Part shown: positions 19,537 to 29,036 of the stretch, in pieces
Position numbering within the stretch: the first letter of the stretch is position 1
How the letters are laid out: the number at the start of each line of letters is the position of its first letter
Origin: a bacterium
Lineage (GTDB): Bacteria; UBP6; UBA1177
Direction: 5' to 3'
DNA length: 64,000 nt
NCBI GenBank assembly: GCA_017405875.1
Contig: JAFQZM010000038.1
Location: forward strand, 21,314 to 85,313
Position numbers and translations under genes: made by a program
The notes under the pieces: model-generated
What the model was told of the DNA's origin: nothing
Seen by the model: only the letters and a program-made list of their open reading frames with translations
Databases searched by the model: none

Positions 19537-20146
19537 GATCAATATTTTTGTATGGGTATCATGTTTGATCCTCGCCTCGATCCTTGCAGGCTGTGCAAAC
19601 GAATATCAGATCGAGCCTTACGACTACAAAGCCGAATATGAAAGGGTCAGCAAGACCAAATCAAGTGAAAATAAGACTAAAAAAGAGATCGATATTACCG
19701 ATATCGCGCAGAGAAGATCGAATTACCGCTACTCCGCAGTCGGCAAGAAAGATCCTTTCAGAAACTATTTCGGCGACATGGCGAGTCTCAACAAAGAAAA
19801 GAAGATCGTCAGCGAGTTGCAGAATTTTGATGTTACTGATCTCAGACTTTCCGCTATAATTTATGGTATAACCGATCCGAAGGCTGTCGTAATCGCTCCC
19901 GACGGAAAAAGCTATATCGTTAAAAACGGCAGTTTTATCGGCAAAAACTGGGGAAAGATCAGCAGGATTCTGCCGGATAAACTCGAGATCGTCGAGACAT
20001 ACAAAGATCCGCTCGGAAGAAAGATAATCAACAAACTTTATCTTGAACTTCCGATAAAGTCGCCTCTTAAAGAGTCCGAAGAACCGGATGACGCTGCGGA
20101 ATTCAACGGCGGCGAAGAGAAAGGAAAAGAAGATTTGAATAACTAA
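19520..20146 (+). CDS. pilP: Type IV pilus assembly lipoprotein PilP
   Basis: Lipobox LAGCAN, about 200 aa, lying between pilO and the secretin. ATG at 19520 follows GGTGGAGG. Confidence 0.6.
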   Translation: MQIKNKINIFVWVSCLILASILAGCANEYQIEPYDYKAEYERVSKTKSSENKTKKEIDITDIAQRRSNYRYSAVGKKDPFRNYFGDMASLNKEKKIVSELQNFDVTDLRLSAIIYGITDPKAVVIAPDGKSYIVKNGSFIGKNWGKISRILPDKLEIVETYKDPLGRKIINKLYLELPIKSPLKESEEPDDAAEFNGGEEKGKEDLNN

Positions 20147-20162
20147 TGGAACGGAGATTGGA

Positions 20163-22574
20163 ATGAAAAGTCTCAGGTTGTCATTTGTTCTTGTTTTGGT
20201 TTTTTCAGTTGTAACGGTTTTTGCTGTTGCTCAGAACAAGAATGATTCGTTATCCGTCGAACAGAACGGGAACAATGTCGTAGTTTCCGAAAATTTTGAC
20301 GGAACTTACTTTAAACTCAATTCCGACAGCGTTGAAGTTATCGGTCTCGGAGATGCGGCAGAAGGAACTGCCGAGCAGGGAACCGTTAACGGCAGGAAGG
20401 CGGCGCATCTTAAAATCAATGCTGACGAAGGAAACGTTCTTTTTGAATCGCTTGCAACGGGCATGACTTCCGTAAAAACCGGCGATTTCGACAGTCTCGT
20501 TTCTATGTCTGAAGCGAAAGAGCTCAAGAACAGCCGCGTCACGATGAACTCAAAGTCGGGAAATATCAGCTTCGCATTCACGGAGCAGCCTGAAAAAGTC
20601 AGATTTTTCACGTTGAAAGGTCCGGACAGGCTCGTTTTCGATTTTATCGGCATCAAAGGTTCGATGAAGTCTGCAAACGGTGTCCGCAGCGCGAATCATC
20701 CGGCTGGATACCGCGTTGTCGTAGAAAGAGAGATTCCGCAGTACTTCACGATCAGCCGCTCGAAAGTCTATGCTTTCGGTGCTGAAGGCAAAAAGATGTT
20801 TGCAGCTTTCAAAAACCAGCCCGCTGAAACGGCTGTCGCTGCTGCAGAACCTGTAAAGGCTGAGGAGATTCCGGCTGTTGAAAACAGAACCGAGATCCAG
20901 GGGCTTGCTTTCATCGGCGAAGAACCCGAAATCCTTAAAGTAAAAGCTGACAGAAAACTCGAAATCAGCAAAAACGTAAACGGACAGAATATAGAGATCA
21001 CCGTTAAAAACGCTTTCATCGCGAAAGACAAAGAGCAGGTTATCGATGCAACTTCTCTTACCGGTCCTGTTGCTGAAATCGCGGTATATAACGACAAGGA
21101 AAACGTTAAGATACTTGCAAAGATGAAATCGGCAAAACACGATCTCAAGATTGAAGAGTCGGCTCACGGAAGCGATTTCGTTTTCAATTTCAAAAATGAA
21201 AAAGTTCAGGGCGTAGCAGGTTATTCAGAAGCTCAGATCGTAAGACTCCCGCAGGCTGCAGTTGCACAGGAAGAGGGCGGCGCAGATGAAAAAGGCGGTG
21301 CGATCAATATGGAAGACGAGCCTGTTCAGTACACCGGCAAAAAGATCAACCTCGATTTCAAAGAAGTCGATATTCTTGATATTCTTCGCCTTATGTCCGA
21401 TATCAGCAAGCTCAACATCATCGCAGGCGACGACGTAAAAGGCACCGTCACGGTAAGACTTGTCGATATTCCTTGGGATGAGGCTCTTGACGTTATCCTC
21501 AAGAGTAAATCGCTCGGCAAAGAGAGATTCGGCAACATCATCAGAGTTGCTACGATCAGAACGATGCAGAGAGAAAAAGAGGAAGAACTTGCAAAGAAAA
21601 ACGCGCAGAAGAAGTTGGAACCTGTAAAAGTAAGACTCGTTCCGGTAAACTACGCGATGGCTGATAAACTTGTTCCGCAGATCAAAGAGCTCCTTACCGA
21701 CAGAGGTACGGTCAGCTACGATCAGAGAACCAACGTCCTTATCGTAAAGGATGTCGAGGAAATTCTCGACAAATCGGAACAGTTGGTTGACTACTTGGAT
21801 ACGCAGACACCTCAGGTTCTTATCGAAGCAAGAATCGTCGAAGCTACTTCGACGGCTGCTTTGGGTCTCGGTATCGAGTGGGGAAGCCACCATACTTATA
21901 CTGATGCAAACGGTCATCCGACCAACGCGATATTCCCGTACAACCTGGGCGTAGGTGCTAATGTTGCAGTTCCCGGTCCTGCAGATCCGACAGGAACGCT
22001 CGGTTTCATGTTCGGCAGCGTCGGTATGATCAACGACCTCAACCTTACTTTGAACGTCATGGAATCAGATGGTAAAATCAAGATCGTAAGTTCTCCGAAA
22101 GTCGCTACCCTCGACAATAAGGAAGCTATGATCCAGCAAGGTACCAGTATTCCTATCACGACGAGAGGTACAGGCGGCGATGTTACGACGAAATACGTTG
22201 ATGCCAGCCTTATCCTCAAGACCACGCCGCACATCACGGCTGACGGTTCGATTCTTTTGAACATCGAAATCAACAAGAGCGAACCCGACTGGTCAAATTC
22301 GAACTACCTTGGCGAACCTTCGATTATAAAGAAAGAAGCTAAGACCGAAATTCTTATCAAGAGCGGCGACACGGTTGTTATCGGCGGTGTCTACACCAAC
22401 CTTACTTCACGCACTAAGAGAGGTGTTCCGCTCCTTTCGAAGATTCCGGTTCTGGGCTGGCTTTTCAAATCGGAAGAGAGCAGAGTTGAAAGAAGCGAAT
22501 TGTTGATTTTCCTTACTCCGAGAATCATGAATAAGGTAAAATCGTCGATTCCTTTGCAGCAAAGTGAAGAGTAA
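20163..22574 (+). CDS. pilQ: Type IV pilus secretin PilQ
   Basis: 803 aa with N-terminal AMIN-like repeats and a C-terminal secretin domain (VVIGGVYTNLTSRTKRGVPLLSKIPVLGWLFK). Confidence 0.85.
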   Translation: MKSLRLSFVLVLVFSVVTVFAVAQNKNDSLSVEQNGNNVVVSENFDGTYFKLNSDSVEVIGLGDAAEGTAEQGTVNGRKAAHLKINADEGNVLFESLATGMTSVKTGDFDSLVSMSEAKELKNSRVTMNSKSGNISFAFTEQPEKVRFFTLKGPDRLVFDFIGIKGSMKSANGVRSANHPAGYRVVVEREIPQYFTISRSKVYAFGAEGKKMFAAFKNQPAETAVAAAEPVKAEEIPAVENRTEIQGLAFIGEEPEILKVKADRKLEISKNVNGQNIEITVKNAFIAKDKEQVIDATSLTGPVAEIAVYNDKENVKILAKMKSAKHDLKIEESAHGSDFVFNFKNEKVQGVAGYSEAQIVRLPQAAVAQEEGGADEKGGAINMEDEPVQYTGKKINLDFKEVDILDILRLMSDISKLNIIAGDDVKGTVTVRLVDIPWDEALDVILKSKSLGKERFGNIIRVATIRTMQREKEEELAKKNAQKKLEPVKVRLVPVNYAMADKLVPQIKELLTDRGTVSYDQRTNVLIVKDVEEILDKSEQLVDYLDTQTPQVLIEARIVEATSTAALGLGIEWGSHHTYTDANGHPTNAIFPYNLGVGANVAVPGPADPTGTLGFMFGSVGMINDLNLTLNVMESDGKIKIVSSPKVATLDNKEAMIQQGTSIPITTRGTGGDVTTKYVDASLILKTTPHITADGSILLNIEINKSEPDWSNSNYLGEPSIIKKEAKTEILIKSGDTVVIGGVYTNLTSRTKRGVPLLSKIPVLGWLFKSEESRVERSELLIFLTPRIMNKVKSSIPLQQSEE

Positions 22575-23605
22575 TGCAGTTTGTTTCTGCCGGAGAGTCC
22601 CACGGTTCGGAGCTTGTTGCCGTTCTCAGCGGATTTCCGGCGGGTGTCAGGTTTGACAGTGTTCTTTTTGAGGAAGATTTAAGGAGACGCCGCTTAGGGT
22701 TAGGTCACTCGGCAAGGCTCGATATCGAAAAAGATGATGTCCGGGTCGTTTCGGGTATCTCAGCCCGCGTGACTACAGGCGCTCCGATAGCTTTCCTGCT
22801 GAAAAACTCAGCGGAAAGCACGCTCTTTGAAAACGGAGTAATTGATAAAGGGTTTCCGAGACCGGGACATGCGGATTACAGCACGTTCAGGAAATTCGGG
22901 TACGACAACATTTCGACAGGCGCTGAACGCTCGAGTGCACGGGAAACGGCTTTAAGAGTCGCAGCGGGTGCTTTATGCAGGATGTTCCTTAACGAAATGA
23001 ATGTTACGGTAATTTCCGAAGTTCTTGAGATCGGCGGAGTTCCTTACAGCGGATTTGACGCTGAAAAGGCGCTTGCCGACAAAGCGAACGGTACCTACGG
23101 CGGAGTTCTGAAAGTTGTTGTTTCAGGCATTCCGGCAGGGTTGGGTTCGAATGTCCAGTGGTCTGATCACTTGGATTCACGGCTCGCGGCGGCATTGATT
23201 TCAATTCCGTCGGTGAAAGGAGTCTATTTCGGGGATACGGAACTTCATAAGTTGAGAGGAAACAATGCTGCCGATGCTTTCTGCGGAATGCGCGGCGAGC
23301 GGGCGACAAACAGATGCGGCGGGATCGAAGGCGGCATTTCAAACGGCATGCCTCTGGTTGCAACGCTTTATTTTAAGCCGATCCCGACTCAGCCTTTTGA
23401 AGTCGAATCAGTTTCGCCGCTTACAGGCAAAGCTGGAAAGTGTCTTCCCGGAATGAACGATCTCTGGTGTGTTGAACGAGCCGGAGTGATTGCCGAAAGC
23501 ATGGCGGCTTTGATCGTTGCTGACGCTTTCTGCGAGAAGTTCGGGTCTGACAATCTGAGTGATATCAAGTCGGCTTATGCGGCTTATCTGGAGAATATGA
23601 GATGA
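22574..23605 (+). CDS. aroC: Chorismate synthase
   Basis: MQFVSAGESHGSELVAVLSGFPAG is the AroC N-terminal signature. The start overlaps the pilQ stop (TAATG). Confidence 0.85.
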   Translation: MQFVSAGESHGSELVAVLSGFPAGVRFDSVLFEEDLRRRRLGLGHSARLDIEKDDVRVVSGISARVTTGAPIAFLLKNSAESTLFENGVIDKGFPRPGHADYSTFRKFGYDNISTGAERSSARETALRVAAGALCRMFLNEMNVTVISEVLEIGGVPYSGFDAEKALADKANGTYGGVLKVVVSGIPAGLGSNVQWSDHLDSRLAAALISIPSVKGVYFGDTELHKLRGNNAADAFCGMRGERATNRCGGIEGGISNGMPLVATLYFKPIPTQPFEVESVSPLTGKAGKCLPGMNDLWCVERAGVIAESMAALIVADAFCEKFGSDNLSDIKSAYAAYLENMR

Positions 23606-24102
23606 GGCGGCTCGGTTTGATAGGGTTTTCGGGAAGCGGAAAAAGTTCGCTTGCGGCTTTTGCAGCGAAGAAAGGTTTCAAGTCGGTCGATTCGGATGCT
23701 TTGATTGAAGCAAAAAATCCGAATGCGGCAGAGTTGCTTGAAAACGGTGCGGAGAATGATTTCAGAACGCTTGAAACTTCGGTGATAAGCGGAATTCTGA
23801 ATTCTGATTTCGATTTTGCGGCTTTCGGCGGCGGCGTTCATTTTGCTCATCCTGCATGGAAAGAGATTTACCAAAGCGGTCTCAAGCTGGTTTATCTGAG
23901 GAGTTCGTTCGAAAATCTCGTCGGGAGATTTGAGGAGAGACCTCTCTGTAAAAAGCTGGGGCGCGAGGGTTACGAAAAGCTCTTTTCGGCAAGAAGACCG
24001 CTTTACGAAAAGGCGGCGGCGTTTGTCGTCGATACTGACGGACGCGGTTTGAGTGAAATTTGGTCGGAGATTGAGGAGATATGGAACTCACTTTTTCGGT
24101 AA
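23602..24102 (+). CDS. aroK: Shikimate kinase
   Basis: P-loop GFSGSGKSS, about 166 aa, in the conserved pilQ-aroK-aroB synteny. Confidence 0.7.
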   Translation: MRRLGLIGFSGSGKSSLAAFAAKKGFKSVDSDALIEAKNPNAAELLENGAENDFRTLETSVISGILNSDFDFAAFGGGVHFAHPAWKEIYQSGLKLVYLRSSFENLVGRFEERPLCKKLGREGYEKLFSARRPLYEKAAAFVVDTDGRGLSEIWSEIEEIWNSLFR

Positions 24103-25079
24103 CACACACGACGAAAGTCGGATTCGCGAAGTCTTTTGCAGATTTTACGGACTCTCTCGGGTGCGACTGCTGTTTCGTGATCGACAGATCGCTTGAAAGT
24201 TTTGCGGAATCGCTTCCGGAGGTTCGTGTTTTCTACATTGACGGCGAAAAGGAAAAGGATATGAACCACGTTGAAAGCTGCCTTGAATGGCTGATCGACC
24301 TCAATGCCGGGCGCAAAACGACGCTTGTTGCAATGGGCGGCGGCGCTACGACCGATTTTGCCGCTTTCACGGCTTCAATCTACAACCGTGGAATGAGACT
24401 TGTGCTTGTTCCGACGACGCTTCTTTCGGCTGTCGACAGTTCGATAGGCGGGAAAACGGCTGTGAATTTCGTTGCGAAAAACACGATCGGCACCTTCTAT
24501 CCGGCGCATGAAGTTGTGATCATAGAGGATTTTTTCAAAACTCTCTCTCTGCAGCAGATTGCTTCAGGAAAAGCCGAAATTATCAAGCTTGCTTTGATAA
24601 AAGGCGGAAGACTTGCGGACATGGTTTTTGCGGCGGAAGACCTGCTTTCGGAAGAAGCTGTAACGCTTGCGATACTCGGCAAGTACGAGATCGTGAGCAC
24701 CGATTTTACGGATACCCTTGAAAAAAGAATTGTTTTGAACTGGGGGCATACATTCGGTCATGCGATAGAGATTTATTACGCTCTGCCGCACGGCCTGGCT
24801 GTTGCCGCCGGTATGGTTCTTGCACAGGAATGGGCTGAGATCGCAGGAGCGGACGAGGTCTTTCCGGCTAAAGAACTTGAAAAATTACTGCAAAAACACG
24901 GAGTAAAAAACGATTTGCAGAAATATAGAGACGAAAGTAAATGGCGTAAATTTATAATGTTGGATAAAAAGAGAAAGTTGGACAGAATTTCGATGGTTTA
25001 CCTGAAAAAAACGGGGGTTCCCGAAATAATTTACAGGAATTCTAATGACATATTGAGAGATTTGGAGGAATTAAGATGA
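24081..25079 (+). CDS. aroB: 3-dehydroquinate synthase
   Basis: GGGATTDFAAF and SAVDSSIGGKTAVN, with a NAD/metal-binding DHQS fold. Confidence 0.8.
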   Translation: MELTFSVTHTTKVGFAKSFADFTDSLGCDCCFVIDRSLESFAESLPEVRVFYIDGEKEKDMNHVESCLEWLIDLNAGRKTTLVAMGGGATTDFAAFTASIYNRGMRLVLVPTTLLSAVDSSIGGKTAVNFVAKNTIGTFYPAHEVVIIEDFFKTLSLQQIASGKAEIIKLALIKGGRLADMVFAAEDLLSEEAVTLAILGKYEIVSTDFTDTLEKRIVLNWGHTFGHAIEIYYALPHGLAVAAGMVLAQEWAEIAGADEVFPAKELEKLLQKHGVKNDLQKYRDESKWRKFIMLDKKRKLDRISMVYLKKTGVPEIIYRNSNDILRDLEELR

Positions 25080-26086
25080 GAAAGTTTTTCATTCTTACCC
25101 TGATGGTTGCTTCTTTAATGATGGTTTCATGCGTCGAAAGGCGTAATCGTGTCATCATTGACAAATTTATTCCGCTTATGGCGAGCAGCAACTGCGAGTT
25201 TAGACCCGGCGGTGATTATTATCAAACTGAAGGTTATATTGATCTGGCCTTTACGTTTGACTATCTGCTCGGTTTCCAGGTTACGAACTACATTCCGTCA
25301 AGTGACGGCGGAAATTCAGAACTGACTACTGCGGAAGCCAACTATTTCTATTTCGATGAAGTTGAAATAGAATACGAGTGGGATCCGAGACCTCAGGCTG
25401 ACGGAAGAAAGCTTGTCCTCGATCAGAAACTTTGGAACAAAAAGATAAGAAAAACCGAACACGCGAGAGTTGCAAAACCCGGTGATCAGGTCGCAGGCGC
25501 GGTTCATATTTTTGAAGAGGCTCAGGCAAAGAATCTTCTTGAGCATGTCAACGATATCGACTGGATTGCAAGTCCGCTTATCGTAAAAATAAGAGCTATC
25601 GGTGAACTTACGGACGGAACGACTGTTAAGACGAACAAGATGAATTTCAACGTTATTCCTACTTTTGGAACGACGATCCAGATGGGTTCGACATATTATA
25701 TTCCTGAAGGCGGTTTTCAGGCTGAGACTGATGAAAACGGCAAAGAGACAAAGTCGGCTGAAAAAGTTGAGTACGATACGATAATGTCTATGTGTGCTTT
25801 CAATGAAGCTCTGGCAGGCGGATGTGCAATCGGTCGTGATAATGCACAGGTCAACTGCTATGCAGGTGATACAGATTGGGAAAGGTTCATAGTCGAGAAA
25901 GAGGAAGGGACTTACATCCCCGGATATGCTGCTTTCGGTGTAGTTGAGACGATTTACAATAAATACAAAAAAACTGCCGGTGACAACGGTTATTACGCAT
26001 GCTGTCCTGGACAGGCTCCGGCAGAACCAGAGGAAGAAGAGGATGATGCTGCCAACGCAGCTAATGGTGCTGCAGGCGGAGAATAG
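25076..26086 (+). CDS. Hypothetical lipoprotein co-transcribed with pilMNOPQ-aroCKB
   Basis: Signal plus lipobox (MMVSC). The start overlaps the aroB stop (ATGA). Acidic Ala/Gly-rich tail. No recognisable domain. Confidence 0.55.
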   Translation: MRKFFILTLMVASLMMVSCVERRNRVIIDKFIPLMASSNCEFRPGGDYYQTEGYIDLAFTFDYLLGFQVTNYIPSSDGGNSELTTAEANYFYFDEVEIEYEWDPRPQADGRKLVLDQKLWNKKIRKTEHARVAKPGDQVAGAVHIFEEAQAKNLLEHVNDIDWIASPLIVKIRAIGELTDGTTVKTNKMNFNVIPTFGTTIQMGSTYYIPEGGFQAETDENGKETKSAEKVEYDTIMSMCAFNEALAGGCAIGRDNAQVNCYAGDTDWERFIVEKEEGTYIPGYAAFGVVETIYNKYKKTAGDNGYYACCPGQAPAEPEEEEDDAANAANGAAGGE

Positions 26087-26219
26087 CACTCTTTCAATCC
26101 GTTTTTTCTAAAAGTTTCTATCTGTTTTTTTCTGAAAAATTCCTTATAAAAAGTGATTTTTAAATATTTTTCCTTATTATGTACCGTTTTTTTGTTTCGT
26201 TTTTTATTTTGGAGGAAAA

Positions 26220-27020
26220 ATGAGACTTGTCCATCTGAAAGATGTAGTAACTTTGGGAAATGTCGCTATCGGTTTTCTTTCTGCTGTTTTGGCGATAGAG
26301 GGTGATGTCCAGCAGGCATGCTATTTGATAATGGTTGCTTTCGTGCTTGATTTTTGTGACGGTATCGTTGCGAGACTTACGAAAATGAGCAACGAATTCG
26401 GAAAAGAACTCGATCTTATCGCAGATCATGTGACTTACGCCGTATGTCCGGCATTTGTGCTCTACGCTTTTTTCAGGGTCGAAAACGGCGGATTTGTCAA
26501 TGCCCTGGTTGCTTACTGCATGGGTATGGTTCCTCTTGTTTTCGGCTGCATCAGACATGCGAGAAACGAGGTCTACGACATTGATTTTCCGCGTTTCTTT
26601 CTCGGTACTCCGCGCCCGGTATCAGCGTTTTATCTGGTAAGCCTTATCGGTGCAGGAACGCACCTCAGCGAATTTGTTCCTGCTGAGTATCTTCCGTACT
26701 ACAAATATTTCCTGATTCCGGTTTTCATCTGGATAGGCTGGAACAATCTTTCTTTCAGACCTTTCCTCAGCCATCATGGCCGCAAGTTCAATAAAAAGCT
26801 CAAATTCTTTATGAGTGCTGCAGTTGTTCTGCTTGTCATTAGCGGCATTGCTACGGCTGCCACCAGCAAACCGTGGCTTCTCGACTGTCTCCTTTTTGAA
26901 ATGCTCGTTTACACCTTCTTCACGCCGGTCTGCTTCGACAAAGGTGATCTTGACGGTTACAAAGAGTATGTCGCAGCTAAAAAGGCTGAAATCGCTGAAG
27001 ATATGAAACCCAAAGGTTAG
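26220..27020 (+). CDS. CDP-alcohol phosphatidyltransferase family protein (PssA/Pcs/PIPS-like)
   Basis: DFCDGIVARLTKMSNEFGKELDLIAD matches D-x2-DG-x2-AR-x8-G-x3-D-x3-D. Polytopic membrane protein. GGAGG RBS. Confidence 0.75.
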   Translation: MRLVHLKDVVTLGNVAIGFLSAVLAIEGDVQQACYLIMVAFVLDFCDGIVARLTKMSNEFGKELDLIADHVTYAVCPAFVLYAFFRVENGGFVNALVAYCMGMVPLVFGCIRHARNEVYDIDFPRFFLGTPRPVSAFYLVSLIGAGTHLSEFVPAEYLPYYKYFLIPVFIWIGWNNLSFRPFLSHHGRKFNKKLKFFMSAAVVLLVISGIATAATSKPWLLDCLLFEMLVYTFFTPVCFDKGDLDGYKEYVAAKKAEIAEDMKPKG

Positions 27021-27028
27021 AGGAAAAT

Positions 27029-28345
27029 ATGATAAGACAAGGCGTTATCCTTGCAAGCGGGCTTGGCAGCAGGCTCAACAGTGAAGGAAGAAATGAACCT
27101 AAACCGCTTATGCCTGTAGGCGGTATGGCTTTGATAGAGCGCGTTATAACGCTCATGCAGTCTGTCGGCATAGAAAAGATCGTTGTCGTCGTCGGTTACC
27201 GCGGCGATCAGATAAAAGAATATATAGCAAAAAACAATATTCATGGCGTCGTTTTTGCCGAGAATACCGAATACAACAAGAAAAACGGCATTTCTCTGCT
27301 TCGTGCTCATGAATTCCTGGATGAAGCTCCGTTCATGCTTTCAATGTCGGATCACATTTTTTCAAACGATTTTTTCGGAGATTTTCTGGAAAAAGCCGAG
27401 CCGAAACTGGAAAAATACGATGTCGTTCTTTCGGTAGACAGGAATATCGAAGGTGTTTTTGACCTTGATGATGCGACGAAAGTTGTTACCGAAGACGGTG
27501 AAATCACGACGATAGGCAAGGAACTTCCTTCGTACGACGCAGTTGATACGGGTCTTTTCCTCTGCAAACCGGCTGTATTTCCTAAACTGCAGGATATTTA
27601 TGACACGAAAGGCGATGTTTCCATTTCGGATGTCATGGGAACGGAGGCGCTTGAGAGAAAGTTCGCATGTGCAGAAATGACGGGACATCTCTGGCAGGAT
27701 GTCGATACTCCTTCGATGAAAAACGAAGCCGAGGAACGCCTTGTTGACAACTATCTTGAAAAGGATGAGTCATTCGGCTTTTTTTCGAATAAACTGTTTG
27801 CCAAAAGCGCGAAAGAACTTGCTCTTATGATTTTCGGGCATGAGCATTTCGACTGGAATCTGCTTAGTACCGTCGTTTTTATAGTTGTTCTTCTGTTTAC
27901 TGCAGTCGCTCTTTTTGCCGGTGTTCCGCAGCTTTCCGCTGTTCCGCTTCTGCTTGTGACATTCATTTTTTATCTCAGCAGAATCAGAAACAACGTCAGA
28001 ACTGTTCCGCTGAAAAACGAAAATTTCATTTTTTCATGGAAATTCAACTTCATACTTGCAACTCTGCCGGCTGTTCTGGAGACATGCGGAACGCTTTTAG
28101 TCGGTCTGCCGCTTGTTGTTGTGATGTTTGCCGTTTCGCTGGCCGAAGCTCTTAAACTCGGAAATGTCCTGCAGCGTCTCGAACTGCCGCAGATTTCCGA
28201 CAGTGTGGCTGACACTTACCTTTCGCCCTCTCTTTTCTGGATCGTTTATGTCGTCTGCATGCTGATTCTGCCTGAATGGTTCATCGGATTTGTTCCTTTT
28301 GCATACTTTATATTTCTGCCTTTTTCCGGTGAGAAGAGGGGTTGA
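27029..28345 (+). CDS. LicC-like sugar or phospho-alcohol nucleotidyltransferase fused to a C-terminal polytopic membrane domain
   Basis: N-terminus GVILASGLGSRL...PKPLMPV...IVVVVGY is collinear with LicC/MobA-like cytidylyltransferases. The last ~175 aa contain about 4 TM helices of unknown family. Confidence 0.65.
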   Translation: MIRQGVILASGLGSRLNSEGRNEPKPLMPVGGMALIERVITLMQSVGIEKIVVVVGYRGDQIKEYIAKNNIHGVVFAENTEYNKKNGISLLRAHEFLDEAPFMLSMSDHIFSNDFFGDFLEKAEPKLEKYDVVLSVDRNIEGVFDLDDATKVVTEDGEITTIGKELPSYDAVDTGLFLCKPAVFPKLQDIYDTKGDVSISDVMGTEALERKFACAEMTGHLWQDVDTPSMKNEAEERLVDNYLEKDESFGFFSNKLFAKSAKELALMIFGHEHFDWNLLSTVVFIVVLLFTAVALFAGVPQLSAVPLLLVTFIFYLSRIRNNVRTVPLKNENFIFSWKFNFILATLPAVLETCGTLLVGLPLVVVMFAVSLAEALKLGNVLQRLELPQISDSVADTYLSPSLFWIVYVVCMLILPEWFIGFVPFAYFIFLPFSGEKRG

Positions 28346-28755
28346 TGGAACTTAAAAAACGTGTCGGTAAAGATTTTTCGATCGATATAAGTTCGCTTGT
28401 CGATGTTCTTTTCACGCTTCTCATTTTCTTTTCTCTCACGAGCACTTTCGTAAAGGAATCAGGTCTTAAAGTCGATCTTCCGAAAGCAAGTTCCGATACG
28501 CCGCTCATTTCGGCTGAAAAGTTTGAAATAGCGATAAGTGCCGACGGCAGGGTCGCTTTGGGCGGAACAGAGGTTTCATCGGCTGAAGAGATCAAAGAGT
28601 TCCTTTCAAAATTTGACACGGATATGCGTTTAAAATATGTTATGGTCATCAAAGCCGACGTTACGACTCAGCACGGCAGGGTAACGGAAGTTCTTGATAT
28701 ACTGAAGTCTTTGAAATTTGAAAATATAGCAGTGGCGACGAGGTCAAAGGAATGA
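28345..28755 (+). CDS. ExbD/TolR-family protein (orphan; no exbB, tolQ or tonB adjacent)
   Basis: Single N-terminal TM with DISSLVDVLFTLLIFF. ATG overlaps the upstream TGA (ATGA). Confidence 0.65.
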   Translation: MELKKRVGKDFSIDISSLVDVLFTLLIFFSLTSTFVKESGLKVDLPKASSDTPLISAEKFEIAISADGRVALGGTEVSSAEEIKEFLSKFDTDMRLKYVMVIKADVTTQHGRVTEVLDILKSLKFENIAVATRSKE

Positions 28756-29036
28756 AAAAAAACCAGAAATTTCTCATTATCGGTTTTTTATTTTTGGTAT
28801 TTTCAGCTGTCTGCATCTACGACATCCTTTCTTCTTACGGCGAATTCAACCGCAACAGGGACAAAATCAAGGTGATAGAAGAAAAGCAGTATGTCATAAG
28901 CCGTGAAAAAGATATCTTGAATTGGAAAATAGAGCGTTTTTCCAAAAATCCGAAGGCTGCCGAGGAAATTCTCAGGCAGAAATACAAAATGATTCGCTCA
29001 GATCAATACAAATACAGATATACACCCGAAAAATGA
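28752..29036 (+). CDS. FtsB/DivIC-like septum formation initiator family protein
   Basis: 94 aa with a TM, a coiled coil and a C-terminal NPKAAEEILRQKYKMIRSDQYKYRY that resembles FtsB DP.YIEE.AR..LGM..PGE. 4-nt overlaps on both sides. Confidence 0.5.
   Translation: MKKNQKFLIIGFLFLVFSAVCIYDILSSYGEFNRNRDKIKVIEEKQYVISREKDILNWKIERFSKNPKAAEEILRQKYKMIRSDQYKYRYTPEK

Noticed and set aside
25316-26089. 257-aa minus-strand ORF
   Set aside because: It is antisense to the lipoprotein gene that is translationally coupled to aroB. It has no signal or domain.
28345-28755. Calling this gene tolR or exbD of a Ton/Tol system
   Set aside because: No exbB, tolQ, tonB or tolA is adjacent. It is kept as an orphan ExbD/TolR-family gene and the context is flagged as unusual, rather than being named.
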